From Candidatus Bathyarchaeota archaeon (GTDB taxonomy: Archaea; Thermoproteota; Bathyarchaeia; Bathyarchaeales; Bathycorpusculaceae): a stretch of 64,000 nt of DNA. Below, in pieces: positions 27,167 through 37,670 of the stretch; within the stretch, counting starts at the first letter, position 1, and every line of letters starts with the position of its first letter. The notes below the pieces were generated by a model. That model ran no database searches, was not told the DNA's origin, and saw only the letters and a list, made by a program, of their open reading frames with translations. The translations under genes and the position numbers were made by a program. Location: the NCBI GenBank assembly GCA_963827165.1, contig CAWGZR010000011.1, forward strand, positions 96,001 to 160,000, read 5' to 3'.

Positions 27167-28231
27167 TCAAGGCTCAGTTATCAGACTGTACTGTCCAATG
27201 GTGAGTCGTTCAGCGCCATCTTTCGCAACAAAAACAGTGTCTTCTATTCTTACGCCACCATAACCTGGCAGGTAAATTCCAGGCTCATCCGTTACTACGT
27301 TTCCAGTAACCAAGATATCTTTGCTATCGGGGCTCAAAACAGGCGCTTCATGAATTTCCAAGCCGACGCCATGGCCGAGGTTATGGACAAAATAATCGCC
27401 GAAACCAGCGGTTTCAATCACTCGCCTCCCCGCTGCATCAACTTCCATTGTTGGAATGTTTGGTTTTATTGTTTCGAAGGCTTTGTGTTGCGCCTGCTTA
27501 ACTGTTTCATAGATTTTTATCTCCTTATCATTGGGTTTCCCTGCGACAAATGTTCGAGTCATGTCTGAGCGGTAAAACCTGTGGGTTGCGCCTAAGTCAA
27601 CCACTACCAATTCTCCTTCGCGGATTATTCTATTTGAGCAGGAACCGTGTGGATATGCTGAGCTGACTCCTGAAGCAATGATTGTGTCGAAGCTTGTTCC
27701 ATCGGAGCCATTTTTCCGCATCGCGTATTCAACTTCAGCCGCCACTTGCATCTCAGACACCCCTGGGCGAATAAATTCAGAAGCCACTTTCATACCTAAA
27801 GACGCCAACTTGCACGCCTCACGAATCAATAGCGCTTCATCTTCATCTTTGATGCTACGCAGCTTAAGGACAAGGCTGCTTGCTGGCATCAATTTTTCTT
27901 CTCCACCTATTTCTTTGGCAAGGGCGCGCCAACCCTCAATCGCCAACGTGTCCACGGCGTACTTTTCGGTTGGCGCCAATTTGGGGATTTTTTCCATCAG
28001 GTTCTCGCCTCGTTTTAACAGTTCGACGGCTAAGCCCTTGGTTTCTTTATTGGCTTGCTCATAGTTGACTCCTCCAACAAAAAGCACGTTTTCGCCTTTT
28101 TTGGGGATGAGGAGCGCGGAAGCGCCTGAAAAACCCGTGAAGTATAATATATTGTATGGGTTGAAGATGAGGAAATTGCATGATAAGCCTTGTTTGGCTG
28201 CTGCCTGTTTTAGCGAGTCGGATCTTTTCAT
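27167..28231 (-). CDS. Xaa-Pro aminopeptidase (M24B)
   Basis: VDLG...YRSDMTRT, HNLGHGVGLEIHE and EPGIY...GVRIED. Confidence 0.92.
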   Translation of the reverse strand: MKRSDSLKQAAAKQGLSCNFLIFNPYNILYFTGFSGASALLIPKKGENVLFVGGVNYEQANKETKGLAVELLKRGENLMEKIPKLAPTEKYAVDTLAIEGWRALAKEIGGEEKLMPASSLVLKLRSIKDEDEALLIREACKLASLGMKVASEFIRPGVSEMQVAAEVEYAMRKNGSDGTSFDTIIASGVSSAYPHGSCSNRIIREGELVVVDLGATHRFYRSDMTRTFVAGKPNDKEIKIYETVKQAQHKAFETIKPNIPTMEVDAAGRRVIETAGFGDYFVHNLGHGVGLEIHEAPVLSPDSKDILVTGNVVTDEPGIYLPGYGGVRIEDTVFVAKDGAERLTIGQYSLITEP

Positions 28232-28399
28232 TTTTTTCGCCTGCTTGTGGAGAAGATGGCTTTAGGTTGCTTTAAGTTTTCGCTTCTTTTTTGCGTTATG
28301 TATGGAAAAACAAGTCGTTTTCAGCCGTGAATTTTTAAATGAATTATCCATTAACTTAATATACTTTTTAATCGCCTCGGTAAACAGGGAAGAAAAATC

Positions 28400-30295
28400 A
28401 TGTTTGCTTATGCGGGAAAAATCTTATACGTAAATCTCACAACCGGAGAGATTAAAACAACTGCGTTATCTGAGCAGATGGCGAAAGATTACATTGGAGG
28501 CATAGGCTTAGGGATCCGTTTACTTTTTGACAATTCAAAACCAGGAACCGATGCTTACCACCCAGATAACCCTATAATCTATTTAACAGGTCCACTTAGC
28601 GGCACAATGGGACCCACCGGCGGAAATAGTTACGCCGTAGTATCCAAATCTCCCGCAACAGGAGGCATCGGCAATGCTGAAGCCCATGGCTTCTTCGGTC
28701 CAGATCTGAAACGTGCAGGATACGATGCCGTCGTCATCACCGGTAAAGCTCCAAAACTTTCTTACCTATGGTTGGACGATGACAAAGTTGAGATCCGCAA
28801 CGCAGAGTACCTAAAGAATGCGACCGTTAAGGAAACTGACGATAAAATCCGCGCTGAACTCGGCGACTTCTACATTCGCGTTTCAGCGATAGGCGAAGCG
28901 GGAGAAAAACTGTGCAGGTTCGCAGCCATAATAAATGATGAGTTCCGTGCTATCGGAAGGAGCGGCATGGGCGGAGTCATGGGCTCTAAGAACCTCAAAG
29001 CAGTTGCTGTGCGGGGAACTCATGACGTTGACGTAGCAAACCTCGAGGGGTTCAAAGAATTTGTCAAACTAATTTATGAACGTATGAAAGGTCCCTCAAC
29101 CAAGAAATACAAAACCTTGGGAACACCCGAAAACGTTCTTGTCCTCAACTCGCTCTCAGCCTTGGCAACCCGGAACTGGACGAATGCAACTTTTGAAGGC
29201 GCAGAAAAAGTCAGTGGAGAATACTTCAACGAGCATTATGTTAAAAAAATCGTGGGATGCGCCACATGTGGCATGCGTTGCGACCATATCGGCGTTGTTC
29301 CCGAAGGGCCGTACAAAGGCTCAACCTCTCGACTTGAGTTCGAGTGCCTCTGGAGCATGGGACCGCTCTGCGGCATCGACAGGTTAGACGCAATTATCGA
29401 AGCTATGCGCATAGTAAACGAGTACGGCATGGACGGCATATCCATCGGTGTCGTGGTAGCCTTCGCAATGGATCTCTATGAACACGGCATAATTACAAAA
29501 GAACAAACTGACGGAATCGACCTCAAATTTGGAAACGCAGAAGCGTTGATTGCGGAAATCCATAAAATCGGCAAACGCGAAGGCTGGTTGGGAAATGCAT
29601 TAGCTGAGGGAGTAGCTAAAGCCGCTGAAATCATCGGCGGAGACGCTTACAAGTACGCATGTCACATCAAAGGCTTGGAGTTGCCCGGATATGACCTGAG
29701 AACCCTAAAGACCGCTGCTTTGGGCTTCAGTGTCTCGTTCCGTGGGGCATGTCATCTTAGAAACGGCGCTTACTCGCCCGATGTTAAAGGCAAAGTAAAC
29801 CGCTTCAAGATTGAGAAAGGAAGAGGCAAAATGATCACTGAAGAAAGCTACATGTACAACATCATCGATTCACTCATCGTTTGCAAATTCAGCAGAGGCA
29901 CATACTACGACGGCTGGAAAGACCTCACTAACTACTACACACTGGCAACAGGCATCCCAATTACACCTGAAGAAATGATCCGTGACGGAGACAGAATCGA
30001 AAACCTCGCAAGACTCTTCAACATACGAGAAGGCAAAGGCACACGCAAATACGACGACGTACCCTACAAGATAAAGCACTTCCCAGTTCCAGACGAAGGA
30101 CCCGCCAAAGGCGTCTGCGTAAACGACGAAGAAATGGCAGTTGGCTTAGATGACTATTACGCTTCCAGAGGATGGACAGTTGACGGCATACCAACAGTTG
30201 AACAACTACAAAAAGTCGGTTTAAGTGACTTAGCCTACATCGCCGAGAACGCCATGCAAGCAGCAAAAGAGGCAAAACCTCAAGGAGGCAACTAA
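28400..30295 (+). CDS. aor: Tungsten-dependent aldehyde:ferredoxin oxidoreductase family protein
   Basis: KSPATGG, LKRAGYDA, GRSGMGGVMGSKNLKA, CATCGMRC, GMDGIS and RGACH. Confidence 0.92.
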   Translation: MFAYAGKILYVNLTTGEIKTTALSEQMAKDYIGGIGLGIRLLFDNSKPGTDAYHPDNPIIYLTGPLSGTMGPTGGNSYAVVSKSPATGGIGNAEAHGFFGPDLKRAGYDAVVITGKAPKLSYLWLDDDKVEIRNAEYLKNATVKETDDKIRAELGDFYIRVSAIGEAGEKLCRFAAIINDEFRAIGRSGMGGVMGSKNLKAVAVRGTHDVDVANLEGFKEFVKLIYERMKGPSTKKYKTLGTPENVLVLNSLSALATRNWTNATFEGAEKVSGEYFNEHYVKKIVGCATCGMRCDHIGVVPEGPYKGSTSRLEFECLWSMGPLCGIDRLDAIIEAMRIVNEYGMDGISIGVVVAFAMDLYEHGIITKEQTDGIDLKFGNAEALIAEIHKIGKREGWLGNALAEGVAKAAEIIGGDAYKYACHIKGLELPGYDLRTLKTAALGFSVSFRGACHLRNGAYSPDVKGKVNRFKIEKGRGKMITEESYMYNIIDSLIVCKFSRGTYYDGWKDLTNYYTLATGIPITPEEMIRDGDRIENLARLFNIREGKGTRKYDDVPYKIKHFPVPDEGPAKGVCVNDEEMAVGLDDYYASRGWTVDGIPTVEQLQKVGLSDLAYIAENAMQAAKEAKPQGGN

Positions 30296-30296
30296 A

Positions 30297-30809
30297 ATGG
30301 TTCGACCACAAGACAGAAAATTCGTAACTGCTGATCCAGAGAAATGCATAGGCTGCTGTGTCTGCGAGTACGCTTGCAGCATGGTTAACGAGAAAACCTT
30401 CAACCCGACAAAATCACGCATCCGCGCTATGAGACTGGGGCCACTGGTAAACATGGCCGTTACTTGTCGACACTGCGAAGACCCTGCATGCGTAGCCGCT
30501 TGCCCAAGAAACGCCTTAAACCAAGAAGACAACTCAGGAATAGTCCGCGTGGACGAGGACGCTTGCAACGGATGTGGATGGTGCATCAGCGCATGCCAAT
30601 TCGGCGCAATGAACATGCATCCGGACAAAAAAATCGTTTTCACATGCAACAGCTGCACAGACAACGAAACCAAAGAGCCGCAATGCGTCCAATGGTGTCC
30701 AGAAGAAGCCTTAACGTATGTTACCGCCGAAACACTCGCGCAGAAATATCGGCAGAAAGCCGTCAAAAACCTGTTTCAAACATTAGAATCGGAAGCCAAA
30801 TCAAAATAA
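30297..30809 (+). CDS. 4Fe-4S dicluster electron-transfer subunit of AOR (DmsB/CooF-like)
   Basis: Four Cys clusters (CIGCCVCEYACS, CRHCEDPAC...CP, CNGCGWCISAC, CNSC...CVQWCP). Confidence 0.88.
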   Translation: MVRPQDRKFVTADPEKCIGCCVCEYACSMVNEKTFNPTKSRIRAMRLGPLVNMAVTCRHCEDPACVAACPRNALNQEDNSGIVRVDEDACNGCGWCISACQFGAMNMHPDKKIVFTCNSCTDNETKEPQCVQWCPEEALTYVTAETLAQKYRQKAVKNLFQTLESEAKSK

Positions 30810-30958
30810 AACCAATCTGGAAATCTTCCAGTCTTCTCTTATTTGTTAATGATGTGACTCGCTTCTGTATTCTGGATTACTATTTTTGAAATAACTTTAG
30901 CAAAACGTTTTTTACTTTGTTTCTCCAATATTTCAATATGTGAGACGTTGTGGTTTCA

Positions 30959-31024
30959 CTTGTTTTTAGGTTAGTAAGACGGGCTGAGAAGGCTCTGATT
31001 TAAATCACGATTCAGATTGCGACA
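30959..31024 (-). repeat. Degenerate dispersed repeat copy E
   Basis: Reverse complement TGTCGCAATCTGAATCGTGATTTAAATC...TAACCTAAAAACAAG. Confidence 0.45.
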
Positions 31025-31087
31025 GTCGTGTTTTAGGTTTTTGCATTTTTTCTTTCTCCTTTTGTTTAGAGCCTCAGCACACCGTCA

Positions 31088-33145
31088 CTAACTAGCCTTA
31101 TCAGAAATAGTTCCTTTGGTGTAGGGTACAAACTCTCTGATTTGCTCAATCGAGGTTTTTCCAGTTTTTTCCCGCTGTTCCTTAGATAACTTCAGAATAA
31201 GAGACCTGAGAACCCGTTGAAGAAATTCCTTGCCCGCGTAATCACCCGGAACAAGAATAATGTAAGCTTTGGTTTTCGCCTTCACCGCATCCACGGGTCC
31301 CCCAACAAAACCCGTAACGTCTTCGGCGACTACGCCTACAGCGACCTTGAGTGGTACACTTCTTATCCAGTTGCGTTTTCCGACCACTGCGAAGGCGCCG
31401 TGGGGAACAGATTCTCCTGAAGGACCGCTTTTGCTAAGCTGGTCAACCTTAACCCAGTAAACGTCAGCTGATCCCGCGTTTTCACGCCAAGCACGGGAAA
31501 AGGAAGCTGCGAATTCGCCGGCTTCATGAAGCGTAGGTTCAGGTATAGTTTTGCCTTCCGCCTTTACAACGGTGAATGGGGCTCCTGAGATTTCAGCGTG
31601 GAAAACAACGTCTTCCTGGATAGTGTATTTTTTTATGAGCACTTCGTTGCTGACCGTGTCTTTGCCCGCGACAACTAGGAACCCGTCGGAAGATTTGAAC
31701 CAGCGGAATTTTTCGTACCACTCCTTACTCTCGCGTTCAACCTTACGCTTGGCAAGGGCCTCCATAATCTCCATCGGCTTAAGACTCTTCAGCTCCTCCG
31801 CTCTGCTTAGCTCCTTCTCAATTTGTTCTAAACGTTTTTTCGACTCTTCAAGCGCGACTTGAGCACCAGCAATTTTCTGCTTCGCCTTTTTTCCGAGCTC
31901 ATAGTATTCGTTGGCGTTTTCGTAAATCGAGCGGCGCAAGTTAATGCTGAACCGCAAGTTGTCAAGGAACATGTTCAATGCCAAGTTGCGTCCGTCGAAA
32001 GATTCAACGTAAGCCTGAGGGGTTTTCCCACTTTCTTTTGCTAGCAAAACCTCTGCCACGACGGTGTTCCAGTTTTTTCCTTCTCTGTTCGCTTTCAGCA
32101 GCGATTCCGTGAAGGTTTGAAGTTCGTTTAGGCGGCTGTAGATTGTGTTGCCAATTGTTTTGTCGTATTCCGCTTTTTTCTCTTCTTCACTTATGGATTT
32201 TTCTTGATCAGCGACTACTCGTTTGAGCCTTTCAGATTCCTGCGTGAGCTTTTCAACTTCGACGCTGGCAAGCGCTTTCTCAGCCGCTTTGACCTGAAGG
32301 AAAAACTCGTCTGCCGCCTCATTGAAGGTCTTGTAATCCTGAGTTTTGAAGCTTTCATAACGAACCATTTTAAGAGGAACAACATCAAGGTAGCTTCCGT
32401 CTATATCCAGAACAATATTGGGTTCCAAGACACTTTCCGTCAACTTTGAAAGCAAACCTTTCAGGGCGTCGAAAATCCCTTGGTTTTCTTCATCGGTTAA
32501 GTTTTTGCATGGCTTAGATTTTTCTACCCCTGCTCTAAGCAGCATCTCTTCCGCGTAGACTCCGCCGATGCCCAAAAAACGCGATGTTGCTCTCACCACT
32601 TCGGCTTGAGCCGCCTTCACGAGACTTTCCTGCAGTTCAGGTAGAGAAATCTTGAGTGGATTTTTGCCGCTTGGTGGAGGAAACACTAGTGTTTCGTTTC
32701 GCAGAATATTTCTGTCTCGCATGCGTTTGTAAAAAAGAGCTTGGAGAATCTGGTTTTTCTCGTTTGTCAAAATTATGTTGCCTTCTCCGAAAAGTTCAAC
32801 GACAAGCCTGAGCAAGCCCTCTCCAGTCTTGAAGGTAACTGTTACGATTCTTTCAAACTCAAACTGATCAATCCCAAGTAGCCATGCCCCACGCAGCTGC
32901 CTCCTAAGCGCCATGCAAAACTCGGGCGGTGATGCGGGGCTCTCTGGAGCATAAACGGTGGAGTGCAATCTTCTGCCAGCTTCCACGACAAGCTTGATTG
33001 GTGGGACGTCCATTTTGTGAAGTTTGAACACTAAGGTTTTCTCGTCTAGCTGGTAGATGTTGTTCACTCGAGAGTTGCTAATTGTCGGTTTTAATTCTTT
33101 GGTAGCGGCTGCAATGTCAAAGCTTGTGAATTCTTTTTTGCGCAT
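31088..33145 (-). CDS. rqcH: Ribosome quality-control factor RqcH/Rqc2 (NEMF/FbpA family)
   Basis: TSFDI, FCMALR, ERIV, ELFGEGNIIL, coiled coil, WYEKFRWF.SSDGFLVVAGKD and HAEISGAP. Confidence 0.9.
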   Translation of the reverse strand: MRKKEFTSFDIAAATKELKPTISNSRVNNIYQLDEKTLVFKLHKMDVPPIKLVVEAGRRLHSTVYAPESPASPPEFCMALRRQLRGAWLLGIDQFEFERIVTVTFKTGEGLLRLVVELFGEGNIILTNEKNQILQALFYKRMRDRNILRNETLVFPPPSGKNPLKISLPELQESLVKAAQAEVVRATSRFLGIGGVYAEEMLLRAGVEKSKPCKNLTDEENQGIFDALKGLLSKLTESVLEPNIVLDIDGSYLDVVPLKMVRYESFKTQDYKTFNEAADEFFLQVKAAEKALASVEVEKLTQESERLKRVVADQEKSISEEEKKAEYDKTIGNTIYSRLNELQTFTESLLKANREGKNWNTVVAEVLLAKESGKTPQAYVESFDGRNLALNMFLDNLRFSINLRRSIYENANEYYELGKKAKQKIAGAQVALEESKKRLEQIEKELSRAEELKSLKPMEIMEALAKRKVERESKEWYEKFRWFKSSDGFLVVAGKDTVSNEVLIKKYTIQEDVVFHAEISGAPFTVVKAEGKTIPEPTLHEAGEFAASFSRAWRENAGSADVYWVKVDQLSKSGPSGESVPHGAFAVVGKRNWIRSVPLKVAVGVVAEDVTGFVGGPVDAVKAKTKAYIILVPGDYAGKEFLQRVLRSLILKLSKEQREKTGKTSIEQIREFVPYTKGTISDKAS

Positions 33146-33642
33146 GCCTGTATCAGGTGGTTTTAGTAGTTAACTTAGTTATAAAGAAACCTTTTCGCGT
33201 AGGCATAATCTGCGATCTGCGTTGCCGCAAGGTTTTCGCGATCAACAAACTCTTGAAGAATTACTCGCCGGATGCATAATATTTCAGTTTTTTTAACATT
33301 AGTGAATATGAAATCTCCTTTAAATTCAGTCGAAACTGTGATTACATAGGGGATAGGAGACGGCTAGTAATAAGGCCAAAATGGACGAACCATCGATTGC
33401 TCTGCACAAGGTCTTCTGTGACCACGCACGGGCACAAGAACAGCACATTCATCAGGAGAAGCCATGATAGATAGTTTGAAAGTTTGAGATGAAATTCCTC
33501 AGCTTTCCACCACAGATAGCGCATTTTAAGGAAACCTGTTTGAATATTAATTAACTCAGAATACGGAAAGCAGAAGTAAATTTGATCTTTTGGGCAACGC
33601 TCTAAGCGAAAATGGCGTGCGGGTCTTGGCAGTAATTGTTGT

Positions 33643-34050
33643 TTATTTTGGATTAATTTTGCGGTCAGACGCGTGAGGTCTAGCTATTTTTGCTTCCACC
33701 TCCGGCTTCATTTCGCAGAATATTTTTGTAGTAGCACCTCTTTGCTCAGTTTTGTAGGCACAAAGAAAAAGACCAAAGGCAGAAGGGCAAACTTCAAAGT
33801 GTTTCATTCCTACCACCGCAGCCATCTTTACCATCTTTTGATTGCAATATATGCAGTGGTTTGGTTTGATTTTTGGAAGAGGCGCTTTGGATCCGTTTGA
33901 AGGAGCGCAGTAGATTTCGCTTCCGTGGTTAATGTAGATGGACCAAAGGGATTGGTAAAGGCTGGGGCACACGCGATAATTGCTGTATGATTGAAGATTA
34001 AGGATGTGAATAAACTGTTTCCCACATTTCTTGCAGTTTTCCGCAAACAT
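33643..34050 (-). CDS. Cys-rich hypothetical protein (internal duplication)
   Basis: CKKC...VCPS repeated as CIYC...VCPS. Confidence 0.55.
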   Translation of the reverse strand: MFAENCKKCGKQFIHILNLQSYSNYRVCPSLYQSLWSIYINHGSEIYCAPSNGSKAPLPKIKPNHCIYCNQKMVKMAAVVGMKHFEVCPSAFGLFLCAYKTEQRGATTKIFCEMKPEVEAKIARPHASDRKINPK

Positions 34051-34228
34051 TTCTGTATCCTCGGTTATTGTGGGTTCCAGTCAAGCGCCCGTGCAATCAA
34101 ATGCTATTTAGAACTTGGCAGAGCCCGGCTACTGTGAACAAGAACTATGCTGAATAATTTAACTAAATATATAACGAATACCTTATTAAAGTAAGGGTAA
34201 AATATAGTTTGCCAAGGTTACGTGGAAC

Positions 34229-34520
34229 ATGTCGCCTATTGTTCAGCTTTACTGGATTCGAGTTTCGTTGGGAGTAGTTGCAGCGGTCATAAGTGCATTC
34301 TTAGCACTGTATCTGCCTCTGCATGATTTGAGCAGTTTAATTGACAGTTTCACAGTTGCCCTTCTGATATACTTGGCATCTTATTACCCGCTAAAAGCAA
34401 TTTACTCGAAGAAAATAGAGAAACAATCCAAAGTACTAAGCACAGCCGTACTAGGCATATTTCTTCGCCTGGTTACCCTTCTTCGTGCTGTTCTTCACGA
34501 TATTCAAAATCTATGGTTAA
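34229..34520 (+). CDS. Small 3-TM membrane protein; +1 frameshift near 34454
   Basis: LYWIRVSLG...; after STAVL the shifted frame gives YFFAWLPFFVLFFTIFKIYG* (TAA 34518), which removes a 226-bp overlap with the convergent gene. Confidence 0.65.
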
Positions 34521-34536
34521 CCTTTATTGAAAAAAT

Positions 34537-34995
34537 TTATTCTTCGCCTTTTTTAAGAAAATTGGCGATTGTAGCTTGGCTTTTGTCGCTTCGCAGGGTT
34601 TCGATTTTCTCTTCCTCGCTTGCCTTCACGCTTCCGTTCTGTGGCGGCGCAATTTCCATGCGAGTCAGGATGCGCATGCAATCTGCCCAAGCTGAAAAGT
34701 ATCCGCGGTCAAAATCTCCGTGTAAGCCGTTCCCCATGTGTTCAAGGAACTCTTTTCGATAGTTGTGCAAGGCGACCTTGTCACTCAAATCGATTTTTGA
34801 CAGAAACGCGTAGTCGTCGGTGGCGCTGTTTTTGCGTGCGAGGTATATGCCGTAAAGCGCTCGGAAATATCCTCTGTTCCAATCGGTTTTCTGCATTTTC
34901 TGCTTTACTCGTTCCAACTCACGTTCTGCTTCGCTGAATTGCCTTGCCACAATGAGCTGGAAGTACCGTGTTACGAGAGCTTGTGAAATCGGCAT
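34537..34995 (-). CDS. Conserved hypothetical archaeal protein cotranscribed with radA
   Basis: Starts 2 nt after the radA stop; WNRGYFRALYG and FDRGYFSAW repeats. Confidence 0.75.
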   Translation of the reverse strand: MPISQALVTRYFQLIVARQFSEAERELERVKQKMQKTDWNRGYFRALYGIYLARKNSATDDYAFLSKIDLSDKVALHNYRKEFLEHMGNGLHGDFDRGYFSAWADCMRILTRMEIAPPQNGSVKASEEEKIETLRSDKSQATIANFLKKGEE

Positions 34996-34997
34996 GT

Positions 34998-36059
34998 TTA
35001 CCGTCCGCGGGTTTTAGTTGCTTTCTCCTCTTCAGAGACATCTTCTATTCCGTTCTCGGTTACTTTAAGTATTTCCTCTCCCTCAGGCAAATACGGACTT
35101 GAAACTAACCTAGCAATCCGGATCGGGCCATGCGGAGCCTTTCGAAGGTAAATTCGTGTGTGGCTCGTGTGGCCCACGATGTTTCCTCCGATGGGGTGAA
35201 TTGCGTCGCCGAAGAACTGATCGGGCTTGGCCATCACCTGGTTAGTTACAACTGCAACGGCGTTGAATGCTCGAGCTAACGCGATTAGTTTATGCATGTG
35301 TTTGTTGAGTTTCTGCTGTCTTGAAGCAAGCATTTCCCTTCCGAGGTATTCGCTTCGGAAATGTGCGGTTAGGGAGTCAACTATTATTAGTTTGATGTTG
35401 TTTGCCTTGATTATTTCATCGGCGTTTTCCAGAAGGAACATTTGATGATCAGAAGTGTATGCTTCAGCGTAAATGATGTTTTTAACCACTGTGTCAGGGT
35501 CTAAGCCTAAAAAATTGGCCATCTGCACAATGCGTTCTAGTCTGAAAGTGTTTTCAGTGTCAACATACAGGGCTGCGCCGTTGAGACCACCTCTTTCAGG
35601 CGGCAACTGGACGTTAACGCAAAGTTGATGGCACATCTGGCTTTTCCCACTGCCGTATTCACCATAAAACTCCGTGATCGTTTGGGTTTCTAATCCACCG
35701 TCGACGACTTTATCTAAGGCTTTGCTCCCCGTTGTTAGGCGTAGGACGCTCTTTCGCATCTTGAAAAGCTCGTCAGCACGAATAAAGGAGACGCCGAGAG
35801 ATGAACGGGCAGCTTGTATGATTTGGAAGGCTTTTTTCTCGCTTACTCCAACTGGCTCTAGCTCTCGCGCAGTTGCCATGGCCAAGGATTCTACTTGATG
35901 GTATCCAAGTTCTCGGAGTTTTTGCGCGGTTGCTGGTCCGACTCCTGGCAAGTCTTCTATGAACTCGTATTTTGGCTTGGCTGATTCATTTTGCTTCACT
36001 GAGGTTCTTTGTTGTTCTTCAGCTTCTTGGCTTTGGTCGTCTTCATTTTCTTCAGACAT
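34998..36059 (-). CDS. radA: DNA repair and recombination protein RadA
   Basis: HhH LPGVGPATA, Walker A GEYGSGKSQ, YVDTENTFR and IIVDSLTAHFRSEYLGR. Confidence 0.96.
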   Translation of the reverse strand: MSEENEDDQSQEAEEQQRTSVKQNESAKPKYEFIEDLPGVGPATAQKLRELGYHQVESLAMATARELEPVGVSEKKAFQIIQAARSSLGVSFIRADELFKMRKSVLRLTTGSKALDKVVDGGLETQTITEFYGEYGSGKSQMCHQLCVNVQLPPERGGLNGAALYVDTENTFRLERIVQMANFLGLDPDTVVKNIIYAEAYTSDHQMFLLENADEIIKANNIKLIIVDSLTAHFRSEYLGREMLASRQQKLNKHMHKLIALARAFNAVAVVTNQVMAKPDQFFGDAIHPIGGNIVGHTSHTRIYLRKAPHGPIRIARLVSSPYLPEGEEILKVTENGIEDVSEEEKATKTRGR

Positions 36060-36175
36060 TGCTTTTCACGCTTTGCATCATGATGTCATGTTTGGGGTAT
36101 TTAAAACAACCGAACATTAGGACAAGTTGAAGAGTGGAGGGGTGAGTGAAAGTGAAGTTCTAAGCCGGCTAAATG

Positions 36176-36229
36176 TTAGTCAAGGAACCTTGACTAAAAA
36201 ATGGGTGGTTAGTCAAGAAACGTTGAGAA
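36176..36229. promoter_or_regulatory. Palindromic operator TTAGTCAAG-N4-CTTGACTAA plus second imperfect copy
   Basis: Perfect 9-bp inverted repeat at 36176-36197 and TTAGTCAAG-AAAC-GTTGAGAA at 36209, in the radA divergent intergenic region. Confidence 0.55.
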
Positions 36230-36273
36230 CAAAGCTTTTATCAACAGAACCCGCCCGTAAGATTGGTGGAAAA

Positions 36274-36552
36274 ATGAAGAAGCCCATAGTTGCGCTGCTT
36301 ATTTTCCTCTTTGTCGCCGTAGTAGCCGCCACGTTTGTTGCCGGCGGGTGTTTGACCTCTAATCCATACGAACTGCCCCAGACTACGCTTACAGTGAGAT
36401 CGCCGTCTTTGCCATCGCCTCTTACAGTTGCCGCATGGATCGTTGGCTTAGTTGCTGTTTTCGGCGCACTTCTCTCGCTTGCCCTACGTGGGCGACATAC
36501 AAATCAAGCTAACCCTAAAAGGGTGGGTGAACGCTTCTGGGCCATCGACTAA
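36274..36552 (+). CDS. Small 2-TM hypothetical protein
   Basis: MKKPIVALLIFLF... ATG downstream of the AAAGCTTTTAT promoter. Confidence 0.55.
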   Translation: MKKPIVALLIFLFVAVVAATFVAGGCLTSNPYELPQTTLTVRSPSLPSPLTVAAWIVGLVAVFGALLSLALRGRHTNQANPKRVGERFWAID

Positions 36553-36599
36553 TAAGGCGTATGCTTCTCACGGTATGTATCCCCAAAAAGGGTTAAACC

Positions 36600-36881
36600 T
36601 TATTCTTTGCATTGTTTTAGGTCGCGCAGTTCAGAGATGGATTTGTTTAGGAATGCACTGTCCTGAACTGTTTTGACGGTGGACACTGGAAGGCAAACGG
36701 TGACTTTTCCGAGGAATGGTCTTTTAAAACCCAATGCCTTGGTAGCCTCATCTGTTAATGCAACGTAGAGGCTCGTTATTTGCCAATTACTCGTGTCTAC
36801 TTCAGCGCTTTCTATTTCGCCTAATAAAACGGCGTCTGACGTGAAAGCTTTCTTCCAAAAGAACCTGGTGATTTCAACCAT
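36600..36881 (-). CDS. PRC-barrel domain protein
   Basis: KKAFTSDAVLLGEIESAEVDTSNWQITSLYV...LPVSTVKTVQD. Confidence 0.8.
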   Translation of the reverse strand: MVEITRFFWKKAFTSDAVLLGEIESAEVDTSNWQITSLYVALTDEATKALGFKRPFLGKVTVCLPVSTVKTVQDSAFLNKSISELRDLKQCKE

Positions 36882-36991
36882 TGTAAAAACCAATATGCTA
36901 ATTTGTATTCGCCTATATTTGCTTGTCGGCAACAGGCGTTTGCAGAAGCCTTTTTACCCGCCTAAACCATATTTTTTAATTGGCGATTTTT

Positions 36992-37372
36992 ATGTCTACT
37001 TCTCAAAATCAAAGTAAGCTGACTTCCCAAGAGAAACGTGTCATAGAGGACAAAGGCACCGAGGCACCGTTCACGGGCAAATACTTCGCGTTTTGGGACA
37101 AAGGCACCTACGTCTGCAAACGCTGCCACACTCCATTATACCGTTCAGAAAACAAGTTTGAAGCCAACTGCGGCTGGCCAAGCTTCGACGAAGAAATCCC
37201 TGGAGCTGTTAAACGTGTTCCTGATCCAGACGGCGTTCGTATCGAGATAGAGTGTGCCAACTGCGGCGCTCACCTTGGACACGTTTTCATGGGCGAGCAC
37301 TTCACCGAAAAAGACACAAGACACTGTGTCAACTCGATCTCGATGGATTTCATACCTGACAAAAAAGAGTAA
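36992..37372 (+). CDS. msrB: Peptide methionine-R-sulfoxide reductase
   Basis: GTEAPFTG, CKRC, CGWPSF, CANCGAHLGHVF and RHCVNS. Confidence 0.94.
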   Translation: MSTSQNQSKLTSQEKRVIEDKGTEAPFTGKYFAFWDKGTYVCKRCHTPLYRSENKFEANCGWPSFDEEIPGAVKRVPDPDGVRIEIECANCGAHLGHVFMGEHFTEKDTRHCVNSISMDFIPDKKE

Positions 37373-37509
37373 GCCTCCTTTTCCATTTTTGTGTTTGGTT
37401 CTGGTCACAGGCAATTGATCCTCTCATTGGCCTTTTTGGGACCATTTTTACAATGAAATTTTGACGTACATAAGGTGTACCCCTATCGGTTTCACTGTGG
37501 CGATCTGCG

Positions 37510-37550
37510 CTTGTTTTGCGTTGCTTTTTTGGTTGAGGGTTTGAATTCGG
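37510..37550 (-). repeat. Dispersed repeat copy C (tail only)
   Basis: Reverse complement ATTCAAACCCTCAACCAAAAAAGCAACGCAAAACAAG. Confidence 0.7.
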
Positions 37551-37670
37551 CTCAAATGAAGAGTGGAAATCGAAAGTTATGAAAAGCGGATCCATATTGG
37601 CTAGTTGTAAATGTAGCCCGCAAATGGTTAAGTTGCAGTTTTCCCATATTTGAAAGTCTGTGGCCAATTT

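Noticed and set aside
27011-28265. Plus-strand ORFs opposite the aminopeptidase, and many similar antisense ORFs in the track
   Set aside because: They are shadow frames of well-supported genes with no motifs of their own.
33180-33640. Possible gene or ncRNA in the rqcH upstream gap
   Set aside because: Only short ORFs without motifs, and no recognisable RNA structure.
34521-34762. Long convergent overlap between the 34229 ORF and the 34537-34995 gene
   Set aside because: It is an artefact of the frameshift near 34454; the corrected gene stops at 34520.
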